Shown: positions 26,167-34,875 of the stretch, piece after piece
How the letters are laid out: every line of letters starts with the position of its first letter
Numbering within the stretch: position 1 is the first letter of the stretch
DNA from: a virus
IMG/VR virus record: IMGVR_UViG_3300045049_000234
Coordinates: 32,001 to 96,000 of that record
Direction: 5' to 3' (one strand)
DNA length: 64,000 nt
The notes under the pieces: model-generated
Database searches by the model: none
What the model was told of the DNA's origin: nothing
The model's input: only the letters and a program-made list of their open reading frames with translations
Translations under genes and position numbers: made by a program

Positions 26167-26196
26167 ACACTATCACCGGTCATGCCATAAATACAA
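26167..26196 (-). promoter_or_regulatory. Candidate promoter of the RAMP/array operon
   Basis: TTGTAT-N18-TAGTGT with extended TG. Confidence 0.5.
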
Positions 26197-26276
26197 ATCC
26201 GCAACACGCTGACCTGCGGATATCCCAAGTCTTGCCGTGCGGCGCCTGACGCTGCCGCGCATAGCCAAGCGATGCG

Positions 26277-27131
26277 TTACTCTGCGTCGGTGTCGGGTTC
26301 CTCGACGTCTTCGACCACATCGCCGTCCACGATGTCGGCGGCGTCCGTCACTTCGGTGGCGTCGGTGCGCGGGTTGACGTCCAACCGCACGCCGCCGTCC
26401 ACGGCCAGTCCGCGCACGTACTGCGTGGACCGGGGCGCCGTCTTGAGTACATCGATAAGCGTTGTTTTCAACGCCATGGCATCAAAGTGATCACGCCACG
26501 GGCCGACGATCTCGCCATTCTTGCGGGCCATCGCGAACTTGTCGCGGTGTTCCTCGCAGTCCTCGCGTGTCCACGCGGAGAACAGCGGCCGGGGACCGCC
26601 CACCAGATGAACCACCGAGTAGTAATCGGTCACCGGTCCGCGAGCGGCGCGGGGCGCCCGCGACGGGATGTGCTCGATACGGCTGTCCGTTCCGTACCTA
26701 ACGTCGAAGAAATCACTTTCGTAACGCTTGTGCGCCTCGATCGACACCACGCGGTCCGACCGGTACGCCAGGTTGATCAATCCCGGATAGCCGATGATCA
26801 AGGTGGCTTCCATGCGCCCCTTGTTGCGCATCGGCAGCAGCCACGCCTCGCCCAGCACCGCCGGGCGCAGACCGAGCTGTGCGCACGTCATCAGGCCGCC
26901 CAGCACGGACATCGGGTCGCACTCCGCCAGGCGCGGCGTCTTGCGCAGGACCGTCATGGCGTCGCGGGCAAGCTGGACGGCGTCGTGGCCGCGCGGCATG
27001 GCCCGCTCGAAATCCGGGATCATCTTCCTGATCTCGTCGGCCAGGGACCGCCGCCCCTCGTCCGGCGTGCGCGGGGTGTTCGGCGCCAGTTCGCCGCGCT
27101 GCGTGCGCATCCGGTTCGCCAGGTCGTTCAT
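26277..27131 (-). CDS. recT: RecT single-strand annealing protein
   Basis: CDPMSVLGGLMTCAQLGLRP...GEAWLLP...IIGYPGLINLAYRS...MALKT. Confidence 0.9.
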   Translation of the reverse strand: MNDLANRMRTQRGELAPNTPRTPDEGRRSLADEIRKMIPDFERAMPRGHDAVQLARDAMTVLRKTPRLAECDPMSVLGGLMTCAQLGLRPAVLGEAWLLPMRNKGRMEATLIIGYPGLINLAYRSDRVVSIEAHKRYESDFFDVRYGTDSRIEHIPSRAPRAARGPVTDYYSVVHLVGGPRPLFSAWTREDCEEHRDKFAMARKNGEIVGPWRDHFDAMALKTTLIDVLKTAPRSTQYVRGLAVDGGVRLDVNPRTDATEVTDAADIVDGDVVEDVEEPDTDAE

Positions 27132-27517
27132 GCGGACTCCTCCTCATCCGGCCAGACGATGTGCGCCTGGACCTTGATCGCCTTGCCGTCGCGGATGACC
27201 ACCCGCCAGATGTCTTCGTTGTCCTCGCCGAAGCAGTTGAACCGACCGGTGAACGTGTGATCGGGGAACGCGTCGATGGCGTCCTGTACGGCGCCGGTCA
27301 GGTCGATCTCCCGGTACTCGTCCTGATAGGTGACCTCCAGCCGCGTCGCGTAGCGGCGGGTCAGGATTCCCTGATCCGTTTCGGTGTCCTCTTCGCGGAC
27401 CGCCAGGCTGACCTCCGAGTCCCCGTTGACGAACTCAGAGTCTTTCATTTCGCCCCATTCGATCGGCGGATCGATCTCGATCGAGTCGGGCGGCCATACG
27501 CGGGTGTGATAGCCCAT
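27128..27517 (-). CDS. Hypothetical protein
   Basis: GAGGAACCC-ATG, acidic 129 aa. Confidence 0.65.
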   Translation of the reverse strand: MGYHTRVWPPDSIEIDPPIEWGEMKDSEFVNGDSEVSLAVREEDTETDQGILTRRYATRLEVTYQDEYREIDLTGAVQDAIDAFPDHTFTGRFNCFGEDNEDIWRVVIRDGKAIKVQAHIVWPDEEESA

Positions 27518-27524
27518 GGGTTCC

Positions 27525-28529
27525 TCACGTCATGGTTGGGTTGAACCGGCGTGACCGGTAGGCGGTGTAGATGTCGGGGTGTTCCTTGGCGAACCGGTCC
27601 TTGTCGAACTCCACGACGGTGCGCGTGTAGGCGTCGTACAGGCCCGGCTTGTCCTCGCGCAGAGCGTTGACGTTCATCGGGCCGGTGTTGCGCCATGTGA
27701 CCACCGGTTTGTCGTCCACGAGCCCCGCATGCGCGGAGCCGAGCGCGGCGCACACGCGCGCCTGCGCGGCGTCCTGCGCCGCCTTCAGCGCTTTGATCTG
27801 TTCGCCCAGCGACCGGTATTCGGCCAGGTCGTACAGCGCGTCGCGGTCCAACACCACGGCCTCGTCAAGGTCCGCCATCGGATGCAGGCGCTTGATCAGC
27901 TCCGGGTCGGCGGCGTGCATCCCGAACTCCGGCGGCACCTGCGGCAGGACGTGCTGATGCCAGAACTCGTCCTCGATCGCGGTCAGGTCGCTGATCAGCG
28001 ACTCGTCGCGGTCCACCCGCCGCACCACCAGTTCCACGCCGACCAGCGCGGCAATCCACACGTGGGTGCGGCCGGTGACCTTCAGCCCGTGCTGGCCCTG
28101 TACCGCCGCGCGGTCCGTCACCGCGCCGTCGGCCCACTCCGAGGCCATGCGGAAGCTCGTGGTCTTCATCTCCAGCAGCCCGCCGTCCTCGGTCAGGCCG
28201 TCGGGCGTGTAGAGCTGCCAGGGGTTCTCACGCGACTGGAGCAGCCCGCACGTGGTCACGCGTACGCCGGTCACTTCGGTGAACCACTCGCGGATCATCG
28301 GCTCGGCGCGGTGGCCGAACGCCATCGCCGGAGTGTAAGGCATCTCCGGAAGCCGCGACGTCTTGTCCAGGTAGACCTTGAGGCGGGATGAGAACGGGTC
28401 CAGACCGGCCACACCGGGCGCGTCCGATCCGCCGATCCCCTGCTGCCGTGCGCGCAGCCACATGTCCCGTGGGGCGCCGTGGGGCAGCAGCTCCTCACAC
28501 TCGTCCGTGGAGTTCACACCGGGGGTCAT
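27525..28529 (-). CDS. YqaJ-like exonuclease (RecE partner)
   Basis: WLRARQQGIGGSD, GHRAEP, YTPDG, LLEMKT, QGQHGL. Confidence 0.9.
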   Translation of the reverse strand: MTPGVNSTDECEELLPHGAPRDMWLRARQQGIGGSDAPGVAGLDPFSSRLKVYLDKTSRLPEMPYTPAMAFGHRAEPMIREWFTEVTGVRVTTCGLLQSRENPWQLYTPDGLTEDGGLLEMKTTSFRMASEWADGAVTDRAAVQGQHGLKVTGRTHVWIAALVGVELVVRRVDRDESLISDLTAIEDEFWHQHVLPQVPPEFGMHAADPELIKRLHPMADLDEAVVLDRDALYDLAEYRSLGEQIKALKAAQDAAQARVCAALGSAHAGLVDDKPVVTWRNTGPMNVNALREDKPGLYDAYTRTVVEFDKDRFAKEHPDIYTAYRSRRFNPTMT

Positions 28530-28559
28530 GGCACTATCCTCCCCGTCGGCACCGACACC

Positions 28560-28949
28560 TCACCGCCGGTTGGCGCCGTCCGCAAGGAACGAGTCGGCCA
28601 GCTTCCACACGCCGCACGGCCATGCCACCGGCGCCCCGTCCATCGAACACGCCTGGCACAGCACCGCCGACGGGTAGCCGTTGGCCATCTGCGCGGCGGA
28701 CGGCATCGGCAGGTGGGTCTGGCGCTGCTTGTCCATCAGCGTCCGGATGCGCGCGATCTCGCCCAAGCACATCAGTCCCGCTTTGATGGCGTCGTCCGTC
28801 TTGCGCCCGAAGTCCGCCACGACGGAGTCCGGCACGTCGCGATCACCGGGGTAGCGGGTGCCGATGGTCAGATAGTCCAGGGTGAATCCCATCAGCGCCT
28901 TGGACGCGAACGCGAGGTCGAAGGGCGGCATCGTGGGGGTTTCGGTCAC
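28560..28949 (-). CDS. Hypothetical protein
   Basis: AGGAGG RBS; CQAC...WPC motif. Confidence 0.65.
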   Translation of the reverse strand: MTETPTMPPFDLAFASKALMGFTLDYLTIGTRYPGDRDVPDSVVADFGRKTDDAIKAGLMCLGEIARIRTLMDKQRQTHLPMPSAAQMANGYPSAVLCQACSMDGAPVAWPCGVWKLADSFLADGANRR

Positions 28950-28975
28950 GTGATCCTCCTGGGGTGAGGTTCACT

Positions 28976-29004
28976 ATCGTACGCCACCGGATTAGCATGG
29001 TCAA
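28976..29004 (-). promoter_or_regulatory. Conserved phage promoter
   Basis: TTGACC-ATGCTAAT..-TACGAT. Confidence 0.72.
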
Positions 29005-29005
29005 C

Positions 29006-29051
29006 ACGACGGCGCCGGAAGGACGGTGTACGTCCTTCCGGCGCCGTCGTG
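29006..29051. terminator. Long inverted repeat, probable terminator
   Basis: ACGACGGCGCCGGAAGGACG / CGTCCTTCCGGCGCCGTCGT. Confidence 0.6.
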
Positions 29052-29060
29052 CCCGGCTGC

Positions 29061-30545
29061 CTACCGGTTGCGCCGCCGGTTTGCCGAGCCCAACGGGTTG
29101 AACGGGACGGGGATGTCCTCGTCCTCGCGCCAGTGGAGCTGTCCGACGCTCTTCCCCGACAGGAACGCGTTCCACGCCTTGACGTAGAGGGCGTACTGCC
29201 CCAGCGTGGTCATGCCGCCTCGGGAGTTGGCCCGCTTCCCGGCGGCGGCGGCGTTGCCCAGTACCCGGATGAGCTTGAGTGCGGGGGAATTCGCCGACAG
29301 GTTCGCGCCGGTGATGAGCTGCTGATGCCAGATCCCGTGCGGGCCGCCGGGGTGCTCGCGGTGCGTCATGAACAACGCCGCGTACGCGGCCGTGCGGGTC
29401 ATGTGCACGTGGTGCATCAGCTCGCTTGTCTGGGTGGTGTAGTAGCCCAGGTCGAAGTACGGCCCCTCCTCCCACGGCTCACCGTCGTCGCCGGGGATGC
29501 GCAGCGCGTCTACGATCTCTTCCTTGCTGTACGCGGTGTGCTCCACCTCGTAACGGCCCAGCGGATTTCCGTTGGCGTCCCGGCGGTCCAGGTTCAGGCA
29601 CAGCGTGACGGCGGCGGCCAGCGCGGTCCGCGTCGGCTTGATCTCCTTGCGTTCGCCCTTGTCCGTGGTGACGTACCAGTGGAGGTCCGCCATCGCGATC
29701 GAGTCACCGGCGGTGCGCGTCTTGCCGTCGTCCATCGCGAAGAACGCCGCCGGGTCCATCCCGTACGTGGCGTAGATAGTCAGATTGAACCCCGCCTTGA
29801 TGGCGGCGAGGAACCGCTGGCGGCCGTCCAACACGCATCCGTGCCAGTCGATCGCAACGCCCTGATGCGTAACGCGCCACTGTCCCCGCCGCATGCGGCC
29901 TTCGTACTTCTCGACGGTGGAGCGCTGCGGCGGGCGCGTGTTGCACACGCTGACATCCAGCAGCTCCGCCATCTGGGCCGGGGTGAAGGTGACCAGGCGC
30001 GGCGGCTGGAGCACCGGGTAGCGCTTGTTGCCGACCCCCGGCTGCTGCGTCAGCGCAGCGGTGACCGCGTCGTTGACCGCCTGCTGATCGAGTTCGTCTT
30101 TGCTCATCACGGGTGCGCCGTTCATGTTTCGACGTTCGGGGGACTCCAGTGTGGCCTTGAGCGCCGCCACCGATGCCGGGATCGACACCTGCTCGGCGGC
30201 GCGCCTCTCCGCCTCGGCCAGGAGCTTGTCGTTCCTGTTGCGGTCCGCCAGCAGCGCCACCTTGCGCGGGTCGGGCTTGTCGTCCACCGGGCGCTCGTCC
30301 TTCCTCGGGGTCCTGCGCTGGACGCGGAAGTCAACGCCCGTGGTTCTGCGCAGATCCGCGATGGCGTTGTTCAAGCTGCGCGCGGACGAGGGTGTGGCGG
30401 AGAACACGCCGTACATCCGCTCGCCGCCGTCCTCTTCATCCCGTGTGACCTTCCAGTGGCCGCTGCCGTTGAGTTCACACGTGAACCCGGCGGCGCGGAT
30501 GCGGTCCACCAGGTCGAGCGTGTCCTGCGTACTGCCTTTGGTCAT
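29061..30545 (-). CDS. ParB/Srx-like domain protein with N-terminal HicA-like domain
   Basis: KYEGRMRRGQW..THQGVAID..G.VLDGRQRFLA; N-terminal GF....GSGHWKV...SATPSS.RSLNN..ADLRR. Confidence 0.7.
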   Translation of the reverse strand: MTKGSTQDTLDLVDRIRAAGFTCELNGSGHWKVTRDEEDGGERMYGVFSATPSSARSLNNAIADLRRTTGVDFRVQRRTPRKDERPVDDKPDPRKVALLADRNRNDKLLAEAERRAAEQVSIPASVAALKATLESPERRNMNGAPVMSKDELDQQAVNDAVTAALTQQPGVGNKRYPVLQPPRLVTFTPAQMAELLDVSVCNTRPPQRSTVEKYEGRMRRGQWRVTHQGVAIDWHGCVLDGRQRFLAAIKAGFNLTIYATYGMDPAAFFAMDDGKTRTAGDSIAMADLHWYVTTDKGERKEIKPTRTALAAAVTLCLNLDRRDANGNPLGRYEVEHTAYSKEEIVDALRIPGDDGEPWEEGPYFDLGYYTTQTSELMHHVHMTRTAAYAALFMTHREHPGGPHGIWHQQLITGANLSANSPALKLIRVLGNAAAAGKRANSRGGMTTLGQYALYVKAWNAFLSGKSVGQLHWREDEDIPVPFNPLGSANRRRNR

Positions 30546-30637
30546 GGGTCCTCCACGGTGTTGCCGGTTCCGGGCGCCGCCGCCGGTAGGATCGGGCGGC
30601 GTTCCCGGACGGTCGGTTCCTCGCGACCGCATCCACT

Positions 30638-30708
30638 ACCGTACGCGTATGGGTTAGCGTAGTCAAGCGTCAATGTGTGTTGACCCTACTATGTCCGGGA
30701 CGTACCCT
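30638..30708. promoter_or_regulatory. Back-to-back divergent promoters
   Basis: Minus: TTGACT-ACGCTAAC..-TACGGT (30638-30666); plus: TTGACC-CTACTATG..-TACCCT (30680-30708). Confidence 0.7.
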
Positions 30709-30743
30709 AGTGATGATCCCGACCACGTACGGAAAGGGGACAC

Positions 30744-31274
30744 ATGACCGCGCGTGAGAACCGCCTGCCCCACCGGGGTGTTCTCGCCGGTGGCCGCGAA
30801 CTGGCCGCATACGCCGAGGTCACCCCGGAGCGGGCTCGCCAGCTCACCCTCAAGAAGTGGTGGACGCTGGAACCGCTCGACTTCATCGGCGGCCGGTTCG
30901 TCTACAGCTACCCGGCGGCCGTCCGGCTGCTGAACGACCACGGCTACCCGCGCCGCCTGCATCCGGATTTCCCGCCGCCGGTGCGCGCCCGCCGGGGCCA
31001 CGCCGCGCAGGAGAACCCGCCCAAGCGCGAACACCGGGGGGTGCTGGCCGGTATCGGCGAGATCGCCCGCACCGCGTGCGTTCCCACATCCCGCGCCACC
31101 AAGATGACGCAGGAGAAGTGGTGGACCGCGCAGCCCCTGGACCATCTGGCCGGAGGCACCGTGTATTCATATCCTGACGTTGCGAAGCTCCTGGAAGACC
31201 AGGGCTACCCGCGCCGGTACAAGACGATCGGCGCCCGGATCGAGGCGCAGAACAAGGTCACTCGCGCAGGATGA
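30744..31274 (+). CDS. Tandem-duplicated HTH DNA-binding protein (candidate repressor)
   Basis: Two internal repeats HRGVLAG..E.A....V...RA......KWWT..PLD...G..VYSYP....LL.D.GYPRR; only clearly + strand gene in the - strand arm. Confidence 0.7.
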   Translation: MTARENRLPHRGVLAGGRELAAYAEVTPERARQLTLKKWWTLEPLDFIGGRFVYSYPAAVRLLNDHGYPRRLHPDFPPPVRARRGHAAQENPPKREHRGVLAGIGEIARTACVPTSRATKMTQEKWWTAQPLDHLAGGTVYSYPDVAKLLEDQGYPRRYKTIGARIEAQNKVTRAG

Positions 31275-31665
31275 GCGAATAGCGCCCGTCGTCGGTCAGC
31301 AGGACCGGCCCCGCCATGGCGCGAACGTACACCGGCGTGCGGGCCGGTTCCTCATGCGCGCCCAGCAGCCATCCCCGCGCGTACGCCTCGCGCCGGTTCG
31401 ACTCGATCCACCCGTGACATCCGGTGGTCCCGCTGCCGCACACGTACATCAGATTGCTGGCCCGGTTGACCGCCGGATCGGTGGTCCCGCCCGCCCGGCG
31501 CGGCTTACGGTGGTGCAGCGACACCGCACCGGCGCCCAACGGCGCCCCGCACCGTTCGCACCGCCCGCCGCACCGTTCCCACACCATTTCGCGTACGTCC
31601 CGGCTCGGTCCGGTGTAGCGGCGCGGCTTGGCGCCGTCGGCGCGGTGCGCGCCCTTGGACTTCAG
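31258..31665 (-). CDS. HNH endonuclease (start uncertain)
   Basis: CERCG...LHHRKPR...SNL..VCGSGTTGCHGWIE. Confidence 0.75.
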   Translation of the reverse strand: MKSKGAHRADGAKPRRYTGPSRDVREMVWERCGGRCERCGAPLGAGAVSLHHRKPRRAGGTTDPAVNRASNLMYVCGSGTTGCHGWIESNRREAYARGWLLGAHEEPARTPVYVRAMAGPVLLTDDGRYSLILRE

Positions 31666-31925
31666 CGGGGTGCGGCGGACAAGTCCTCTGCGTCGCGGGT
31701 CTCCGCCCGCCGTTCCCGGTTCCACATCCGACCCCCCGCCACGCCGATGAACTTGCGGTCCCGCCGCGCCCAGTCTAGACACTGGCGCGAGACGGGACAC
31801 CCGTGGCAGTAGCCCATCGCCGCGACGCGGTCCGCCTCGTTCTCCCCGTCGAACAGCCACGGGTCGGCGCCCCGGCACGCGGCGTCGGCGCGCCAGGGCT
31901 CCCGTCCCATCGCGATCGTGATCAC
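31662..31925 (-). CDS. whiB: WhiB-family transcription factor
   Basis: W..DAACRG.DP.LF...C.GCPV..QCL.WA...GVAGG. Confidence 0.85.
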   Translation of the reverse strand: MITIAMGREPWRADAACRGADPWLFDGENEADRVAAMGYCHGCPVSRQCLDWARRDRKFIGVAGGRMWNRERRAETRDAEDLSAAPR

Positions 31926-32206
31926 GCGTCCGCCGCCGTGCGCGCCTTGCGGATCTGCGCGCGGGCGCGGGCGATGTGCACACGCACCTGATCCGGCCGT
32001 GCGCGCTGGTCCCACCGAGGGCGCCCCGGCACGCGGTAACCCTCCGGCAGCGGCGTGCGCCAGCCGTCGGCCTTCAGGCTGCGCACCACCGCGCGGGCGT
32101 ACGGCGCGGCCTCAGCCTCGTCGCGCGTGAAGCCCCACACGGTCAAGGCGCGTGCGAACCGCGCCTCCAGGTCTCGCCATGCGGCAGCGCTCTGCGGCGC
32201 CATCAC
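31922..32206 (-). CDS. Hypothetical protein
   Basis: Coupled in operon. Confidence 0.55.
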   Translation of the reverse strand: MMAPQSAAAWRDLEARFARALTVWGFTRDEAEAAPYARAVVRSLKADGWRTPLPEGYRVPGRPRWDQRARPDQVRVHIARARAQIRKARTAADA

Positions 32207-32661
32207 GTCACCCCTTTCCGTAAGAGTGCTTCCTGGTACATACCCTGGTATTCGTCCATATGCTCGTCGCGCAGTGTGCGCGCCGCGCGGTACAGCGCCA
32301 CCGACCGCTTGCCGTCCCCGCGCGCCAGTTCTTCGTCCTTCAGCTCCTCATACCGCTGCGGGTAGCGCGCCTTGAGCCGGGACAGCGCCTCGTGGTTGGC
32401 GTTGGACCGGTCGTTGGCGCGGCGGCGGTTGGCAGGGATCTGCCGGTACGCCGCGACGCGGTCCGCCTCTCGCTGGAGGTATCCCGGATCGAACGCGATC
32501 CGGTCGCGCCGCCGCCGCGCCACGTGCTTGTTGTGGCACTCCTTGCACCGGCCGTAGACGTCGATGCGCCCGTCGGCCCGGTGGCTGGAGTAGAAACCGG
32601 TGTCGATGTCCTTGGGCAGACCGCAGCCGCTGCACACCTTCGTATCCGTCTGCGCGGCCAT
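32203..32661 (-). CDS. Zinc-finger protein
   Basis: KVCSGCG.PK...F....GRCKECH. Confidence 0.6.
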   Translation of the reverse strand: MAAQTDTKVCSGCGLPKDIDTGFYSSHRADGRIDVYGRCKECHNKHVARRRRDRIAFDPGYLQREADRVAAYRQIPANRRRANDRSNANHEALSRLKARYPQRYEELKDEELARGDGKRSVALYRAARTLRDEHMDEYQGMYQEALLRKGVT

Positions 32662-32743
32662 ATCCCGCCCTTCGTTCCTGGTCGTTGATCTGTCCCTAGC
32701 GTACTGCACGCTTTGCCAGACAGAACAGATCAACGCAGGAACA

Positions 32744-32962
32744 TCAGAACTGCGGATCGGGGTCCAGCGGACCCCACGGCGGGCGGAACGGCGCCGACTT
32801 CGCGCCCACCGCGTCCGCGCGGGACGGATGGACGAACAGCGTCACCGGCTGCTTGCCCCGGCGGCAGGTGATCACCTTCTCGCACCACTGGCCCGCCGCC
32901 GCGCCGCACCACGGGCAGCGCACGCCCAACGCGGGTGGACGTCCAACACCTGTCATCGTCAT
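32744..32962 (-). CDS. Small zinc-finger protein
   Basis: CPWCGAAAGQWC...HPSR. Confidence 0.6.
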   Translation of the reverse strand: MTMTGVGRPPALGVRCPWCGAAAGQWCEKVITCRRGKQPVTLFVHPSRADAVGAKSAPFRPPWGPLDPDPQF

Positions 32963-33378
32963 TCGCTGCCTCCTGGCGGGAGCGGGAACATTTTCGACAT
33001 CAGTGCGCGCAGCGGGCGGGGACGCGCCGTGCCGTCGTCGTACGGCCGCGTGCGCCCCTCGCGCAGCGCGGCCAGGTACGCGGGCACGTCGTCCGGATCG
33101 GCGTCCGGGATCGCGTCCTCAATCGTTTCCATCATGGTCTTGCCGGGGTCCACCCGCGCCGCCGCGTCGGCCTGCCGGTTCTTCACGAAGATCACGATGT
33201 GGGCGGGCATGATCCGGTCCTGTGACGCCGCGTAGTGCGCGATCACCGCGTCCTTGGCGTCCGCGTAGTCGAACCTCCCGACGATCATCGACCACGCCGC
33301 GATGTCCGATTCCCCGATCTTGCGCTGATCGTACGTCGCCATCAGCGCAAGCAGCTTGCCGACTTCGGATGCGTCCAC
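32959..33378 (-). CDS. Helicase loader/inhibitor-like protein (G39P-like)
   Basis: E..KLL......DQR......AW...DAKDAV..HY....IMPAHI, directly after the initiator. Confidence 0.6.
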   Translation of the reverse strand: MDASEVGKLLALMATYDQRKIGESDIAAWSMIVGRFDYADAKDAVIAHYAASQDRIMPAHIVIFVKNRQADAAARVDPGKTMMETIEDAIPDADPDDVPAYLAALREGRTRPYDDGTARPRPLRALMSKMFPLPPGGSE

Positions 33379-33381
33379 GGG

Positions 33382-34353
33382 TCAGAACCCTTCGATCTCA
33401 CCGCGACGGCGGCGCCGATCCAGCTCGCCGAAATCCACGTTGCCGTACTTCTCGATGAACAGACGGGTGGCCTCCGCCGCCATGTCCACGCGCTCGTCCG
33501 TGGTGGACCGGGGTACCGGCACCGGGTCCGGCTCGTCGTCCCACTGCTCGGCGTTGAGCCACGTCGCGGGGTGCGGAATCCACCGCGCCTCGGTGTGCTT
33601 GTTCCACACCGCGAACTGCCTGGCGGCGTCGATCATCACCTGTGCCGTGGTCTTGGTCAGCGCCTTCTCCCACGCCTTGCGCGCGGCGCCCTTCTTCACC
33701 CGGCGCGGATACGCCCGCCACCACTCTTCGAACCGGTCCGGGTCGTTCTGCGGCGTCAGGGGGCCGTCCACGATGTCGCGGATCACATCGACGGGGATCA
33801 GTTCGGGCTGCTCGTACACGGGTTCCTCCTGCGGCTCGATGTCGATGGGGTCAATCATGGCAGCGGACTTCCACGGCGCAACGGCGGGCGCCATGTGGTC
33901 CATCCACCCGCCTTTGCGCAGCTCGCGCAGCTCGGTGCGGATCGTGGACGGCTTGCACGGCTTGCCGTTCCAGAACCCGCACACCGCCGTCATGGCGTCC
34001 ACCGTCGGGTCCGGCGCGCGGCGCATCCGCGCCTGCCCGACCATCGCCAACACGCGCAGCCCACGGGCCGTGAGCGCCATCACGGCGTCCACCGGGACGG
34101 GGCACCAGTGTTCGAGGCCGTAGGGCGTCACGCGGCGCGGCAGGGGCTTGAACTTGCGCCTGCGCCCGACGCCGACCAACCGGCGGTTCACCAGCCAGGT
34201 AAGGCACTGCTTGACGCGCACCGGGTTCATCCGCAACTGCGCGGCGATGGCCAGCGCACCGGAGCGGCACCATCCGTCGTGGGACGCCAGGTAGCAGTAC
34301 ACGCGCACGGCTTCGCTGGGCGTGGACGGGTCGTTGACCATCCACTGAGGCAC
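33382..34353 (-). CDS. Replication initiator protein (start possibly CTG at 34416)
   Basis: N-terminal HTH; C-terminal FEEWWRAYPRRVKKGAARKAWEKA...IPHPATWLNAEQWDDE. Confidence 0.8.
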   Translation of the reverse strand: MPQWMVNDPSTPSEAVRVYCYLASHDGWCRSGALAIAAQLRMNPVRVKQCLTWLVNRRLVGVGRRRKFKPLPRRVTPYGLEHWCPVPVDAVMALTARGLRVLAMVGQARMRRAPDPTVDAMTAVCGFWNGKPCKPSTIRTELRELRKGGWMDHMAPAVAPWKSAAMIDPIDIEPQEEPVYEQPELIPVDVIRDIVDGPLTPQNDPDRFEEWWRAYPRRVKKGAARKAWEKALTKTTAQVMIDAARQFAVWNKHTEARWIPHPATWLNAEQWDDEPDPVPVPRSTTDERVDMAAEATRLFIEKYGNVDFGELDRRRRRGEIEGF

Positions 34354-34833
34354 CTTGATCCACCGGTTCGAGTGCCGGTCCTCGCGGGGGCGCCGACCAC
34401 GGCGCTTGCGCGTCAGGACGATAAGACAGGCTCCGAACGAGTCTCGGACTCGCGGCCCATAGCAGGGGGGACGGCACCGGCGCTTGTGGTGATCGCGTCA
34501 ATCACGATACAATCCCCTTACTTTGTTGTTGCATATCACCGCCGGTCCGTGCCAACTGATCCGGCGGTGATTTGTTTAGGTTCGCGCCCACGGGTTATCC
34601 GTAGGGATTCGCCCGATGAGCTGGGCGTTCACGTTACCGCCGCCGCTGATCACAGCGCAAGCCCCCCGATCGCCGTGTCGCTGACACCTCGTCAGTGGCA
34701 CACGCCGCGCACGCGCGGCAACGCCGCGTGTATTTAGGGGTGGTCTAGTAGTTGTTCTACCTACCTACGGATTAGACGGGGTACAAAAGCTAACCCCCCG
34801 TCGGTACCTAAAAACTGACGGCGTGTGACGTGC

Positions 34834-34865
34834 AAAAACCCCCGCCCGGCGGTGCGGGCGGGGGT
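34834..34865 (-). terminator. Intrinsic terminator
   Basis: ACCCCCGCCCG..CGGGCGGGGG followed by TTTTT on the minus strand. Confidence 0.75.
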
Positions 34866-34875
34866 CGGCGGGTGC

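Noticed and set aside
26028-26228. N-terminal extension of the RAMP-like ORF as given in the ORF track (261 aa)
   Set aside because: The extension is the translated pentamer unit and promoter; a strong RBS precedes ATG 26027
34520-34830. Replication origin upstream of the initiator
   Set aside because: More AT-rich with some hairpins, but no clear iterons were seen, so it cannot be supported
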